A program made the position numbers and the translations under genes. Positions 27,601 through 39,925 of a stretch of 64,000 nucleotides of DNA are shown here, in pieces (position 1 is the first letter of the stretch; each line of letters opens with the position of its first letter). Origin of the DNA: Mytilus edulis (Eukaryota); contig NC_092348.1 in the NCBI RefSeq assembly GCF_963676685.1, positions 55,800,001 through 55,864,000 of the forward strand, given 5' to 3'. The notes below the pieces were generated by a model. It was not told the origin of the DNA. It made no database searches and saw only the letters and a list, made by a program, of their open reading frames with translations.

Positions 27601-28860
27601 CTGATAAACAATTTTAAAGCGTCAGATTTGCTCTAAATGCTTTGGTTTTTGAGTTATAAGCCAAAAGCTACATTTTACCCCTATGTTATATTTTTAGCCG
27701 TGGCAGCCATCTTGGTTGGTTGGCCGGGTCACGCTACACAGTTTTTAAACTAGATACCCCAAAGATGATTGTGGCCAAGTTTGGATTAATTTGGCCAAGT
27801 AGTTTCAAAGAAGAAGATTTTTGTAAAAGATTACTAAGATTTACGAAAAATGGTTCAAAATTGACTATAAAGGGCAATAACTTCTAAAGGTCAACTGACC
27901 ATTTTGGTCATGTTGACTTATTTGTAAATCTTACTTTGCTGAACATTATTGCTGTTTACAGTTTATCTCTATCTATAATTATATTCAAGATAATAACCAA
28001 AAACATCAAAAATTCCCTAAAATTACCAATTCAGGGGCAGCAACCTAACAACGGGTTGTCGGATTCATCTGAAAGTTTGAGGGCAAATAGATCTTGACCT
28101 GATAAACAATTTTACCGCGTGTCAGATTTGCTCTAAATGCTTTGGTTTTTTAGTTATGAGCCAAAAGCTGCATTTTACCCCTATGTTCTATTTTTAGCCA
28201 TGGCGGCCATCTTTGTATGGTTGGCCGGGTCATGTCACACATTTTTTAAACTACATACCCCAATGATAATTGTGGCCAAGTTTGGTTTAATTTGGCCCAG
28301 TAGTTTCAGAGGAGAAAATTTTTGTAAAAGTTAACGTCGACGACGACGGACGCCAGGTGATGATAAAAGCTCACTTGGCCGTATGGTCCAGGTGAGCTAA
28401 AAATGGGTGTTTCCTATTTCCCTACCTAACCCATACTTTAAGCTTAGAAATTGCATACATTAAAGTTGCATTTTTTTTCAATTTTTTTTAATAAGCACTG
28501 TTAAAGTTAGAATTTCTCTCCCGTAGACTCAATGTTAAAACATATTGTATATTAAAAACAATTCCCTTCCTACTTACCCTATTTTTTTAAAAGATGTAAT
28601 AGGAAACACACATAATATTTTATTTGGCCTCAGACAGACAGACATATCTTACTGGAAACATAGTAATGGTACAATATCTAAATAAATGAAATTAAAATTA
28701 AGTATAACAAAAAGGAAGAAAATTTGGAAAAAAACCCACTTACTTGATTAATATCAAATCCTGATTTTACTGTAACAGTAGGACATTTCCCTGTACCAAA
28801 CACTTGGGCGTAAGAACAGCCTAGAATCACAAAGAGGATACAACCAGCAAGGGACAACAT
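24690..28860 (-). CDS. Apolipoprotein D-like lipocalin, copy B; exons 28860-28744, 26283-26156, 25570-25486 (1-bp frameshift as assembled), 24928-24690
   Basis: Signal peptide MLSLAGCILFVILGCSYA, GKCP, YLGDWYEI, YWVLDTDY, WILAR; same intron positions as copy A; exon 3 is 85 nt versus 86 nt in copy A. Confidence 0.88.
27121..28402. mobile_element. Helentron/HINE-type non-autonomous element with internal ~520-bp tandem duplication; 5' fragment also at 58556-58760
   Basis: AAACTAGAGGCTCTAAAGAGCCTG hairpin start, GAC-microsatellite, terminal hairpin AGCTCACTTGG..CCAGGTGAGCT, A/T-rich flanks. Confidence 0.65.
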
Positions 28861-29502
28861 TTTGATCGAAACTAATAGAACATCTAAATCAGGGTCGTAT
28901 TAATAGCTTAAATAAATCAGCTGTTTGGCCATGTGAATCCTTATCATGGATTTCATAAGATGTTATATCACTTGTGGTCATTTTTCGGTGTCCAACACAA
29001 AGTGATTGCATAATGGATCTATTCAAGGTCAATGACGGTCAACTGTATGCCTTGATAATTTTCATTTTCAGTATTGTCCATGTTGTAATAGCGTGTACTT
29101 TGCATTGCTATGGCAACGTTGGCCTTTGGGACAAAGTATGCTATAAATCTGTTTTCGTTAATCACTTTTAATAATAAAAAAAATGGTGGCAGTTCCCAAA
29201 TCAGAACATTTGATAGTCACAAGATGCTTTATCCTAAAAAAAATATTTCTTTTTAATTTTCGTGAAGTGAAAGAATTTGTCGATGTTTATTTGACAAAAT
29301 TGACAAAACACTTTTGAAATACATTCATATGATAAGTTAAAAAACGTTTTGATGAACAATCCTCAATTATATACATTTATGTACATTACATCTTAAATTA
29401 GATAGTCCCGAATGTATATGAAATATGTGCTACTGAACATTAAGCAACCTACAATCAATAAGTCAGTTGAAATCAAATGCAATGATTGAAAATTTATAAC
29501 TA

Positions 29503-30035
29503 CAAGTACACACCCGTGATATCGCGGGTCCGTGACTGACTTAAAGTATATAACTATGCCTAAGCCTTATTTTAGTAATTGGTATTGTCATCTGATAAAG
29601 TCATGTCGATTATGAGATACACAGTTTTTTTTTTGCTTTCAAATCTTTCTGTTTGAACCCGTCGACCTGGAACTTATCAATTATTGGTAATATTAATTAT
29701 TTGGAAAACAAAAGGTCCTGGGTATCCAGGAATGGAGTATTTTCAGCCCTTTGATTATGACCCGTGTATATAGCAAAATCCTAAATACACCGTTTGGTGG
29801 TGCGCCTGTCAAATGCGGAACGTACAGATAAGGTAATAGCTAACAGGTGAATATACTATTGGTATCAGTATCGGATTTATATTAATTATGTGGAAAACAA
29901 AAGGGTCTGGAGTGGTGTAATTTTTAATCTACACCATTGTCCTATATTAGTTCTATATAGAGTTGAATTCTTTGATTTGTCGTTTTTACCCGATGACGGC
30001 TGACAAATTGGACCTCGTAATTTTAGTATTATAGA
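29503..30035 (-). mobile_element. Non-autonomous Helitron
   Basis: Minus strand starts A|TCTATAATACTAAAA and ends with hairpin CCCGCGATATCACGGG followed by TGTGTACTTG|T (CTRR-like end). Confidence 0.6.
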
Positions 30036-31273
30036 TAAGGAAATGAATTGGAATTTGAATAATCGTTTTTTCAATAATTTTTTTTACAGTAATACTTTTT
30101 TCTGATTAATAAATTGATATCTGCCGTAGTCTTATACTCTTTTAAAAACATTAATCATACATAAACTTGAATAGTATTTGCAGCATCCAATAGATATGCT
30201 TGTGCTCAAACCAATCCTCTTTGGCTGAATTTAGAATATTAGAAAAAAATGAAATAAATGTATGGCTGAAATTTTAACGAACGCAAAACATAATGAAAAA
30301 GGAGGAATCAATTGTGATATCTCATGACACAACTGACTTCGTACACGCATTTGACAAAATCAAAAGAGGAGGAATTGCGCCATTATGTTGTTCTTCATCT
30401 TAAAGGTGCAGTAAAGCCTTGAATACAGAACAAAAGCTCGCATAGCTTAATTTGATTATTTCATGAACTATGAAAAGAAGAATATGTGTCTATAGGACAA
30501 CATGCCCCGTTTGCAATATCTCTTTTTTTCATGTTCTGTGAATCGCGAATTCGGGATTTTAATCGTAATTTTGACATAATGTTTATCTAACGTTCACATC
30601 ATGCTACACACGCGTACTTAGAATCAAGTTCATAATTCCAAAAATTATAATGTGGAATGTGGCATATATTCCAAAAAAAAATTACATTATAATAAATATG
30701 TGTATTTAACTTTGGCGGATTGATATAATTACAGCAATTCCATGGTAGATCATGGTAAACTACTTAAAACCAACTTCATTTTTTTTTTATTTGGGTTCAT
30801 ATTTGTTTCGAAGTTTAGTGTGACGTCCATTTTCTCTGAACTAGTACACATTTTTCTCGTATGTTTTGCAAAACAAAAGACCCAAATCATTAATTATACT
30901 TTTGAAAAACAAAACCTATATAGCTATCATAAATCTATCACGATTACACTATTTCACAGAGAGAAAAATGAGTCATAAATTGATTTAAATATATCTGATG
31001 GACGGTATTTTAATACGACTGTGGGATTGCATGATCTTAAAAAAAATCCAATCGTATTACCTCTTGATACTCTTGATTTTTAAAATTAGGAACCTTTTTA
31101 CATTTTTCATCTGAATTTGACCTTATTGATATACTTTTAGTAGTATACACGCATCGTTAGGCTTGAAAGAATGACCCTTATTGATCAGCGAATCAGGGTT
31201 TGTTACTATTTGCCTGCTTAACTTTATTCCAAGGGAATCCCTAAGTATTCACTTCGGACACTTAGGAATAGGC

Positions 31274-31418
31274 AGGCGCAGATCCAGCCATTTAAAAAAA
31301 GGGGGGTCCCAACCCAAAGTAAAGGGGGGTTCCAACTATATGCTCCAATTTCAAATGCATTGATCGGCCAAAAAAGGGGGGTTCCAACCCCCGGACCCCC
31401 CCCCTGGATCCGCCACTG
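31274..31418. mobile_element. Short GC-rich MITE-like family with GGCGGATCCAG...CTGGATCCGCC ends; copies at ~6468-6612, 22908-23078, 26366-26529, 44392-44584
   Basis: Terminal inverted repeats and shared core TTCAAATGCATTGATCGGCCAAAAAAGGGGG in several copies. Confidence 0.75.
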
Positions 31419-31605
31419 CTTAGGGATAGAAAACCCGGCACCCATACTTCTCATAAATAGTGAAGAACCCCTTCCCAAACCCAACTTGGTGACGGCGCAC
31501 ATTGTTGTCATTAATTTACTAAAAAAGTCATAAATAAATAATAACATGATGAAATCTGATCATATCTAGATGTCGATGTTCTGATTGTTAAGATAGGAAC
31601 ACTTC

Positions 31606-31730
31606 CATTGGTTGTATGACACTGCAAGGTGCGCGCTTAAATTAACGTTATAGCTACTGGTGGTAACCTAGCAACTGACGTCATTCACGCCAAGTTGTGT
31701 GTTGTGTGCAGACGTCGCCATTGTAAACAA
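31606..31730 (+). promoter_or_regulatory. Proximal promoter of the zinc-finger gene: CCAAT (ATTGG), RFX X-box GTAACCTAGCAAC (31663-31675), CRE TGACGTCA (31676-31683), forkhead-like GTAAACAA (31723-31730)
   Basis: Consensus motifs clustered 60-190 nt upstream of the ATG at 31792. Confidence 0.6.
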
Positions 31731-31791
31731 CGTCAACGGATAACATCCGGTTAAAGTTAATTAGTTCAAACTGGGCTATATTATTTTAATC

Positions 31792-34700
31792 ATGCCAAAA
31801 TGTTACTTAAATGGTATTCGAGGATACAGAACAGGAAAATACAAAAGCAATACGGGTATGAAAATATTGAACGTTAAATTAGTTGAAAAACTGTTTAACG
31901 TATGACGTAAATTCGTACGTGTCCGTAACGGCTGAAACTCAAATATGTTTTTGGACTTTCAACTGTCCCCCAATGTTACTTTCAAATGGTTTTCTTGTTT
32001 TTGCGTTGATCCAGCGTGTTTCTATTCAAAGTAAAACCCATTTCATTCATTATAAGTTAACGCTTCGTTGAATATGAATCAACTGCGTTGTCTATTTATT
32101 TGTTTCAAGGGAAGATAACTCATGTTCTTGAAAAGCAGGTGCCCTGTAAATTATGCATCAAAGTAAAATTTGAAATAGCCTTCCAGGGCGTCATTGTTAA
32201 TAGAGTAAGTGCTTTAGAGGTGTTTGCAAATACATGAGTCAAGGCAAACCTTTAAAACAGATTATTTTGGCATGATCATTATTTGATACTAATTACTATT
32301 ACTAATACTCAGTATTTATACTGACTTTTGATCAAATATTTAGAGAGAAAAATGGGGAATGACTTTGAGATTAACAAGCAAAGATTTGTCTCCAAGAGAA
32401 AGTATTAATGTCCAAATTTTTGTCTTGTGGTATGAAGAGGACCTTTGTCTTCTCCTTGTCTATGGTTTATAGTACGGTGACAAAGGAAGGAAAAGTCGCT
32501 TATTTAAGGAGTTTAATCGTCATTCGGACTATACGGCTGTAAATCACAGTATTGGTAGTTCAAAGGTTACACTTTACATTTTGACTTGTCGTCGAAAAAT
32601 CGTACGGTGCAATTTTTGTAAAATGGGCTTTGAAGTTCGTTCCCTTACTTTAAAGAAAAAAATACTTTCAAAAGATTTTTGGCCTACATTCTAAAAGAAC
32701 ATTCGGGATATGCTTTTTGTTATTATATACATTGTTGTAACACATTATTTTAACAATTTCAAACAAAGTTTAGCAAAATTAATCCGTTATTGAGGAGTTT
32801 TTGTAAAAATTGAATACTACGAATATTTTGCATTTAATAGAGTACGTTTCAATTCATTTTCATCATTTATTTTTACCCAAAATGTAAAATAAACAACATT
32901 TATATGATATTTCAAACCTTTATTGAACAACACTTTCAAAATCATTTATCTCAGAAGCATTATTTCAACTTGTGCATTGAAACAAAATATACACTACAAA
33001 TTGAAGATACAGGTTTTCCACTTGAAATTCGACTTGTAAAAAAAATTGAACCGGACCGAAACTATTATTCTAATCTATAAATTATATTTTGTATCACAAC
33101 GATTTTTCATTGCTAACATTTGTTCAATTCGATTTTTTTTGGGATAGTTTATGGTCCCATTTCGTGTTGGTTATCGTGTTTTTTTTATGTCATTTTAAAA
33201 GATTTCATATTTTCGTATGTTTATTTGATATGGGTTTTTTTTCTTTTTATACATTTCAAAAATTAAGAACCAAGTCTGAATTTGGACATATAGTTATCTG
33301 GAAAATGTTTGAACTAGGAAGTCCTTTACGATTAGTTAAAAAAGGCAACACATGGCTTTTAATTTTGAAAACTGTATCGTATGACAGAGAATAAGTACTG
33401 AATCAGTCACCTCCTTTACTGTAAAGAGTAAATGTTGCTTCTTAAGTTCTGTTGAAAGACTAAATGATGGAATCTGCCAGCAATGTGTTGTAGAGTATGG
33501 GTCGTTTGTTGAACGTGATTTGGTGAACCAATTCAATTCTGATGCCTCGTGTGCATTTTCCCTACCTTCCTTTGGCCCATCACTCACAACTTACACCAGT
33601 CTGAGAGGTGGTATGGCATTGCTTAAATGTATTGATGATAACAAAAAAGCAAAAGAAATGGTGACCTTGCAGGCGACTATTATAAAAATATGACCCAATG
33701 CTTTTCGCTAGCGCACACTGTAGCAGACATATTTTTACCGCTACGACAAGAAAAGCTCAATAAAGTTGTCTGTTGAAAAGGAAGGCATCACAAAGAGTAC
33801 ACCTTCAACCAAAGTGTATCAGATTATTGAAGGGAGAAGGATACTGACTGGAAGAATTTTCTTTTCTGTTAAAGAAAACCAACAGGCTCTCCCTAATTTC
33901 TTTGGTAGTTTTTCTTTTTTTAAAACTATGACAAATCCCCTATGATTCCACCTTATAGTGAGCTTGACTCAGCTGGAACGTTTGTAAATCTGAAATTGTC
34001 GAAGTTATTTCAGACAATAATGTTAATGACTGTTGTAACTTGCTTAGCACTCACCAAGGGCCAATACTCGCATGATAATTAGTGCCGTATACTTTGACAT
34101 GAAGTTAACAGAAAAGGGAAAGAGCGACAGAATAATCCTAAGGACCTTTGATACGGGTGTGATTGTTCTCTGTGTTCACTACTGCAAACAAATGACACAT
34201 GCATGCGAGTTGTAGGCGCAGTTGGATGTGTACGGATTGCTAGTTTAGTCTTACATGAATGATTTATTAGTTGTTGGTGGCTTTGAACTAGCTGTCAGAT
34301 AACTGCGAGTACTCTCAGATTTGTTTCTAATGTCTTTTTGCTGTTTGGATGCACAAGTAACCGGCTACGTCCAATTGTATTTTTGTCCATCTGATGAGTT
34401 AAGCCTTTTTCAACTGATTTTTATAGTTCGTTCATATATTGTCCTGTTATACCACTGTCCCAGGTTAGGGGGAAGGGTTGGGATCCCTCTAATATGTTTA
34501 ACCCCGCCACATTATTTATGTATGTTCCTGCCCCAAGTCAGGCGCCTGTAATTCAATGGTTGTCGTTTGTTTATGTGTTACATATTTGTTTTTCGTTCAT
34601 TTTTTTTTTATATAAATGAGGCCGTTAGTTTTCTCGTTTGAATTGTTTTTACAAAAGACTTGAAAGGACACACACGACTATTGTAGTTGATCTGAGGAAT

Positions 34701-37700
34701 GATCTCTTTAAATCATTCCATCACGATATTAATAAAATTCGCGTCAAGCTTGCCACCAGTAAAAAAGTATGTTTAGTCAGGTTACCTCTCTGTGAAGCGG
34801 AAATTTTGACCGCATAAAACATTGCTAAACCCCCTGTTCCGTCACCTTTAGAATACGGTTGGCGAAAATTAATTATTTCATTACACCCCGTTTATTTTAA
34901 AGGGCATAATTCCAGCAGAATTCTTGCAGGATCTTTTGTGTTCATGTTAGGGAAAATCTTCATGTGAAAAGTGTTTGTTCACAACAAAACCTTACATGTA
35001 CGGATCTTTGCTCCTTTCAAGGGTAAGAATTATGTAGAAATTCCTTGACAGATGAATCAGAAGATACTCCTGGATGAAATCTGTTTTCTGATCATTTTGA
35101 TTGGATTTTTTAATGTTCTTCGAGCTAATTAGTGGTTTTTGGTTGCAATGAATTACATGCATGAGCTTTTTCAAAATAAACATTCAGGGTAGAAGGCTTT
35201 ACTTGAAAACAACATTTATCTTTTATTGCTGAGGTTGAATGTCACCCGGTTAGGTAACTACTGTAACTTTAACGGAATTTGTATTGATCTTGTATAATAG
35301 AACAAGTGTTGAAAAACGCCAATTTTCAGAATTAACCGATTACTAAGTAATATGTTCCTTTTTTTTTTTTTACATTTTCGAGATAATTCATTTTCAATTG
35401 ATTTGAAATTTAACACAAAATGCTGCTGATATCTTTCAATTGTTAAGATACAGAAAGAAAAAAACAGTATGTTGATCTTTGACCTTAATTTATGCAAAAC
35501 TGTTACCACATTTCTTTTTGACGACATCGATATTCCAAAAGTACTAATTTTTCCGAATCCAATGATATATTATATAGCCATATAGTATGTTTGACGATTA
35601 AATTTTAAAAATATTTGGTCTGGTCACCGCACTATTACTTCTGAACGTATTTACTTTGTTGAGAGGAGCTAGAATTTTATTTAGATATATAAGAAGATGT
35701 ATGAGTGTCAATGAGACAACTCGCCATCCAAGACATAATTTATAAAAGTAAACCATTATAGGTCTTCAACACGGAGCATTATCTCACACCGAACAGCAAG
35801 CTATAAAGGGCCCAAATAATGACAAGTGTAAAACCATTCAAACGGAAAACCCAAAGGTCACTCATACCACATCTTCTTTTTATAATCTGTATAAAAAACG
35901 AGAAACGAGAAACACTTATGAACCCCATCAACAAACAACAACTACTGAACATCAGATTCCTGACTAAGGACCGGTGTAAACAATTGCAGCGGGTTTAAAC
36001 GTTTCAAATATTTACCAACCTTCACCCTTATTTGAAACAATAGTGCAACACTGACATCACATCACAGAAAGACAAATGGTTAAAACATCAATTAAAATGG
36101 CTTAATTAACTCAATCCAAAGACATATATACACAAGTGAACATACACTGACCGAATAAATTTGATCTATTATACATCCTATGTTATCAATAAATGTACGA
36201 CGGGGTTAGAAAACACCCTCTTATGCAAATTTGTGTTTACTTTAAATATGGTATATAAAAATAAGGAGGTGCGGTATGATCGCTAACGAGCTAACTATCC
36301 ACAAAAGTTCAAATGAGGTAGACGGTAGCAATTAATAAGTTATCGACATTGAACCGTACGGTCATCAACGTACTTTATCCTATAATGGTTTACTTTTATA
36401 AATTGTGACTTGGATGGAGAGTTGTCTCATTGGCTCTCATACCACATCTTCTTATATATTTCATATATCTATCTTAAGTCTACTGATCTACTATACTAAG
36501 AAAGCAGTGCGTTCATTAACGCACATGGGCATGCGATTTATCAGGTCAACTTACAGTCTTTATCAATTATAGAGGGTATACAATTATTGTGTCTAGCTCT
36601 TAATCGCAAAGACTCCTAAAAAGGGTAATGAATAAATTAAACAGACTTTAACGTCAACACTAAATTATCTGATAAAATAAAATACTCTAAGAAAGACATA
36701 TTAAAAAATTAAAAATAGTTAATTAAATTGTAACTTACGAGTGTTTTGCTGGCATACTGGCATTCTTCTGATGCTTCCCAAAAGTTTATTATCTAACTGC
36801 CCAGTTCAAAATTTTAAATTGGTATGGAAAGGGGAAACCAACATATTTTAAATGTAACCAATTTAATTTGTTTAAAAATGGCATTGCACAAATTAATCTG
36901 CAGAACTATACAAGTTTTTCAATTAACAAATTTAAAATGACATTTATTTATATTTTTACTTTAGAGCACGACCCATATGTTATGACAACAAGGTCTGGTT
37001 TGTCCATCAAGAAAATTCCTGCACTTCGAGGACTTGGTATAGCAGCAAAGCAACAACCACAGCTGCCTAGACAGAGAAAGGAAAATGCCGTAACTAAGAA
37101 ATACCCAATTATCAAATACAAATCTTTGAGCTATCTGTCTTTTGTAACTAGATTTGCTCTGGCTTTGAGGGTTCCAGAATTAGAACTCGCCGGAGTTAAC
37201 CCAAAGGAAACGTTGGAGTATTTAGGTGATGATGGGTATTTTTATCGGTCAAATAGTGCTTCAACTTCAAGCGGAGGGGACTCATATGATGACGACTACG
37301 AATCAGAATCGGAAGATGAAGTATTTGAAGGAGTGGATGATAACGTATTTTACGGATCAGAAGAAGATGATAATAAAAATTCCCAAGGGGAAAGTGACTC
37401 CTTGTGTGATAGCGTCAGCGATATTCGATTGACTGACGAAAATCAAAACTTCAGTGACAATAGTGCTGATTTAATTGTTGAAAGCAGTCAAAATTTAGAA
37501 TCGAAGTTTTTGGGAGTCTCGCTTTCTACAATTAACGGACCTGACATCAGTAACCTTAACGAAACTAATAAACTTTTTGCGTTACAATTGAAAAGTGATA
37601 CACAAATTTCGTTTAAATGCGAAGACTGTGAACGAAGTTTTACAATATATTCAGCGTACCAAGCGCATGTTCGCTCTCACACGAAACAACGAAATCGATG

Positions 37701-37953
37701 TGGAGTATGTGGAAAAATTTTCACACGTTCTTGGCTCTTGAAAGGCCATATGCGCACTCATACCGGGGAAAGACCTTTTCCCTGTCCTGCTGAAGGATGT
37801 GATAAGGCATTTGCTGACAAGTCGAATCTTCGATCGCACATGCTTATACACAGTGTTACAACAAAGAACTTCACCTGCCAGAAATGTGGGCGTGCTTTCG
37901 CTCAAAAACGTTATCTCCACAAGCATATGCTAGAAGTGTGTCGTTTGATATAA
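31792..37953 (+). CDS. Snail/Scratch-family C2H2 zinc-finger protein (~350 aa); exons 31792-31855 and 36965-37953
   Basis: Four fingers incl. CGKIFTRSWLLKGHMRTH, AFADKSNLRSH and terminal YLHKHMLEVC, typical of Snail/Scratch; short exon 1 MPKCYLNGIRGYRTGKYKSNT with donor G|GTATGA (phase 1) joins in frame to acceptor TTTTAG|AG at 36965. Confidence 0.85.
34225..34650 (+). mobile_element. Family B non-autonomous PLE-related repeat (also 47245-48085, interrupted)
   Basis: Shared blocks GCTTTGAACTAGCTGTCAG, ACTCTCAGAT..ATCTGATGAGT, twister motif and CATATTTGTTTTTCGTTCATT in both loci. Confidence 0.65.
34461..34548 (+). ncRNA. Twister ribozyme motif, family B copy (point mutations)
   Basis: CAGGT..GGGGGAAGGG...TTTAACCCCGCC-ACAT..ATGT-TCCTGCCCCAAGTCAGG.GCCTG; different P3 and P5 sequences that still pair. 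Confidence 0.65.
35692..36170 (-). mobile_element. Family C non-autonomous repeat with the common tail ...GTTGTCTCATTGGCACTCATACCACATCTTC; partial copies at ~540-670, 22068-22265, 23793-24225, 24290-24515(+), 26530-26640, 26727-26838, 36378-36455(+), 39941-40120, 52775-52920, 55245-55330(+), 63209-63294(+)
   Basis: Recurrent AAGATGTGGTATGAGTGCCAATGAGACAACT...CTTCAACACGGAGCCTTGGCTCACACCGAACAGCAAGC motif. Confidence 0.75.
35953..36034 (-). ncRNA. Twister ribozyme motif, family C copy
   Basis: Minus strand CAAAT AA GGGT GAAGG ... AAACGTTT AA ACCC GCT GCAA..TTAC A CCGG TCCTTAGT CAGG A ATCTG; P2 and T1 covary relative to family A. Confidence 0.6.
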
Positions 37954-39334
37954 GATTTACAGCAACTTTCATTAACCTCATACAGAGAGAGACATATATA
38001 TGTCTTTGCTTCATGTATAAACGCATCGCTTTTATTTCGAATATTTATCATACTACCATATTATGTTACTCCGTCTCAATTTTCTGTTGTGTATTGTGTA
38101 CTGTTGTGCGTTCTTTTTTAGATTTTTGCTATGGCTTCTTCAGTCAGTTCAGTTTTCAGAATATGAGTTTGAATATCTTTCCCCCTTCTACATTTTTACT
38201 GGTATAAATTTTATCGTCTTAATCTATAACTGGTTTTTTTTTTAAATTTAAAGAAAATAATTTGTGGTGTAACATGAAAGAAAATTTTTCATTATTTTTA
38301 TAGTCAAATCAAAACAAAATCTTTATTGCCATATATTTCATAGCGTTCGATGTATGTTTAGTCTTGTCTCAGTGGTATGCGTCATGAAAAAGTTAACAAT
38401 CTACACAGAAAAAAATATTGTTAGGGTTTTTTTAACTTGGCAAAATTTTCGTTCATTTTCTTTGGAATTTTAAAAATTTATTTTGTAAAACTGCTATATT
38501 TTGGGGCAAAAAAGAGGTCTTACTGAACCTATACTCCTTTAAACGCATATAGTAAATAAATCAACTAAAAGTATGCACCTCGTCTTAAATTATACAGATT
38601 TTTACATGTAATTAGTTTAGAATATAAAGGTTTTTTTCTGAATGTTTGATAAATCAACAAAAGTTAAGTTAATTTGTATTTGAAAAATAATAATAATTTG
38701 ATTCTTAATTAATTTAGCAAGCTAATAAAATATGTTGTCCTCTGTGAAATACAACTGTGACATACATTGTATTATGTAAGTGTGTTCTCTTGGAATATTA
38801 AAATGAAAAAAAAAATGTGTAAAACTGCTAAATTTTGAATATAACAGAGTCATTATATTGTGTATTAAAAAGATTTGTCAATGAAATACATTCAAAAAAT
38901 TATATTGTGTGTTTTGCACATTTCTGTTCATATTTAATGCAATATTTATATGCTATGTTTTATAATATTGTAATAAAATTGCTTTGTGTATGAAAGAATT
39001 ACATGATGTTTTAACTACTTGTAGACTTTTATACGTATGCATGGTTAGAAGATGAGTTCATTTCAAAATCGAATGTAGAAAAAGACTTATTTATTCAGGT
39101 TCAATCTTTCTGAAATATGGATACTACATAGTCAGTATGAAAATAAGGAGATATGAATACCAATGAGATACCTAACCACAAGATAGCGTAGGTTTAAGCA
39201 ACAAAAGGTCAACATAAAGTAAACAAAAGCCATACCGTACAGTAAGGTAGGAAAGCCCCTACGTGATCGAATATTTAAAATATCATATGAGAAATACAAC
39301 TGTCTCTCAGCGAATCCATTTTAGTTTCGAGATA

Positions 39335-39925
39335 AGAAGCTGACAATGATGGTCAGTTAATAACTGAACTTTACGATACGAGAAATGATTTAAATTTTCC
39401 CATTTTAAACTTTCCAATTCTATTGAGCAACATTCCAGTAACATCTATTATACATTGAGTGACTATTTCCAGTTGAGGTGGTACCTAATACTACAGGGAG
39501 ATAACTCTGTAAAGTCAGCTAAACGTTTTAATTACGTTGTGTTGTAAGGGGGATATTAAGCTTCTCAATGATCAAAATTGGTGTTTGTCAAACTGCTATA
39601 TAACCAGTGTAATTTTTCTGACAAAACGGTTGGTTCAAAATTTTTGAAATTTTTATAGTTTTGTTAAAGGGTCAAAGAAAATACTTTGTCAAAATTTTAT
39701 GAAAATTAAACGAGACAAATAAATTTTAGTGATAGTGTTGGGTACCACGACACGCCAGTCATTTGGAGTATATGTCTTCTTGTTAAAACGATATTCCAGG
39801 GTTTAAGTTTCTTTTACGATTTCCCGGATAAAGGTTTTAAGTCTACCTGAATCTGATGGTAAAGTTATTCTAATGTTTTAATTATGACTGTTTCACCGAT
39901 TACCACGGATATGTTTTAGTCGTAT
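39335..39925 (+). pseudogene. Degenerate Penelope-like RT fragment interrupted by a MITE
   Basis: Frameshifted remnants of LYDKRDDFNFPIVNFP..SNIP (39373-39440) and GVY.SQL.RYSR..DF.D.G (39764-39835). Confidence 0.55.
39477..39748. mobile_element. MITE with TIR GGTGGTACC(C/T)AA(C/T)AC; second, one-end-truncated inverted copy at 57697-57934 in a TONSL intron
   Basis: Terminal inverted repeats and two dispersed copies; TTAA precedes the 57697 copy (Kolobok/piggyBac-type target). Confidence 0.75.

Larger units (their letters stand above)
32470..35634 (+). mobile_element. Degenerate Academ-like DNA transposon in intron 1 of the zinc-finger gene
   Basis: TIRs TAGTACGGTGAC / GTCACCGCACTA, 3-bp TSD TTA on both sides; broken coding remnants DTGVIVLCVHY (~34150), LPP..PSPLEYGW (~34750-34865) and a Cys cluster (~34940-35010). 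Confidence 0.65.

Noticed and set aside
34391-34420. CTGATGAG as a hammerhead ribozyme core (also 47733)
   Set aside because: No GAAA after a stem II and no stem III/NUH site; the segment instead pairs with upstream ACTCTCAGAT.
36868-36964. N-terminal part of the 361-aa ORF as coding
   Set aside because: AT-rich polypyrimidine tract ending in an acceptor AG; intronic.
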